NCBI GenBank assembly: GCA_977030845.1
Contig: OZ365113.1
Span: forward strand, 39,370,001 to 39,434,000
Direction of reading: 5' to 3'
DNA length: 64,000 nucleotides
DNA from: Fimbriosthenelais zetlandica
Lineage: Eukaryota
Under the pieces are notes generated by a model that worked only from the letters and a program-made list of their open reading frames with translations, ran no database searches and had not been told where the DNA came from. Below, one piece after another: positions 63,656-64,000 of the stretch (within the stretch, counting starts at the first letter, position 1; each line of letters starts with the position of its first letter). A program made the position numbers and the translations under genes.

Positions 63656-64000
63656 ATGATGACCACTCATTCCAGTGGAAGTCAGAGGTTACTAAGTTGC
63701 CTTCTACCCCCAACCTTGGTCAGTGTGCAATGGAGCGTGACACTCATCAATAATCTTGACATTAATTGCTCACTTTCGGTGCGGGAGACAATCAGAGTAT
63801 TACACTCCTGGCGAGTGACAAACGGACCTTCATTATCTTTGGAAGATTTATTTACTGGCGAAATGGCCAATGTCTGCTTGGACAGGAGGACAGAAATCAA
63901 GCGACAGGGGGTTCAAATTTCCACTAGAATTCATCATACATGTAAGGTGCACACAATCTAGTCCTCAGCATGTGGTATCAAATATTGGGATAATAATAAA

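Larger units (their letters stand above)
12025..64000 (-). other. Large intron and/or upstream regulatory region of tsh; no supported coding sequence
   Basis: No ORF here resembles a known domain; dense TF-motif islands are present. Confidence 0.6.

Noticed and set aside
1-64000. tRNA, rRNA, snRNA, CRISPR arrays, transposase/RT ORFs
   Set aside because: No cloverleaf or T-loop context, no regularly spaced repeats and no TE-like protein motifs seen by eye.

Overview
Eukaryotic, intron-containing genomic DNA, roughly 60% AT by eye, from an invertebrate bilaterian. It is probably a non-insect protostome such as a lophotrochozoan, but that is inference. One protein-coding feature is well supported: the 4.1-kb terminal exon (minus strand, 12024->7907) of a teashirt/tiptop (Tsh/Tio/TSHZ family) zinc-finger gene. 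It has five fingers, a PLDLS CtBP motif and no homeodomain. The exon starts at a phase-1 splice acceptor, and I found no MPRRKQ-type first exon in the 52 kb upstream. The rest of the window looks like the gene's non-coding regulatory landscape. It holds a ~3-kb putative 3'UTR, a marked excess of TALE-homeodomain (Meis/Hth-Pbx/Exd) motifs, several promoter-grammar islands between 39 and 63 kb, three RFX X-boxes, CTCF-like sites, a duplicated 33-bp module and many long G/C homopolymers. I saw no tRNA, rRNA, CRISPR array or transposon ORF. All motif counts are manual minimum tallies, expected values are rough (60% AT assumed), and family comparisons are from memory, not database searches. I did not find a clearly novel multi-gene system. 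The most interesting leads are regulatory, plus an atypical first zinc finger and a readthrough-type stop context.
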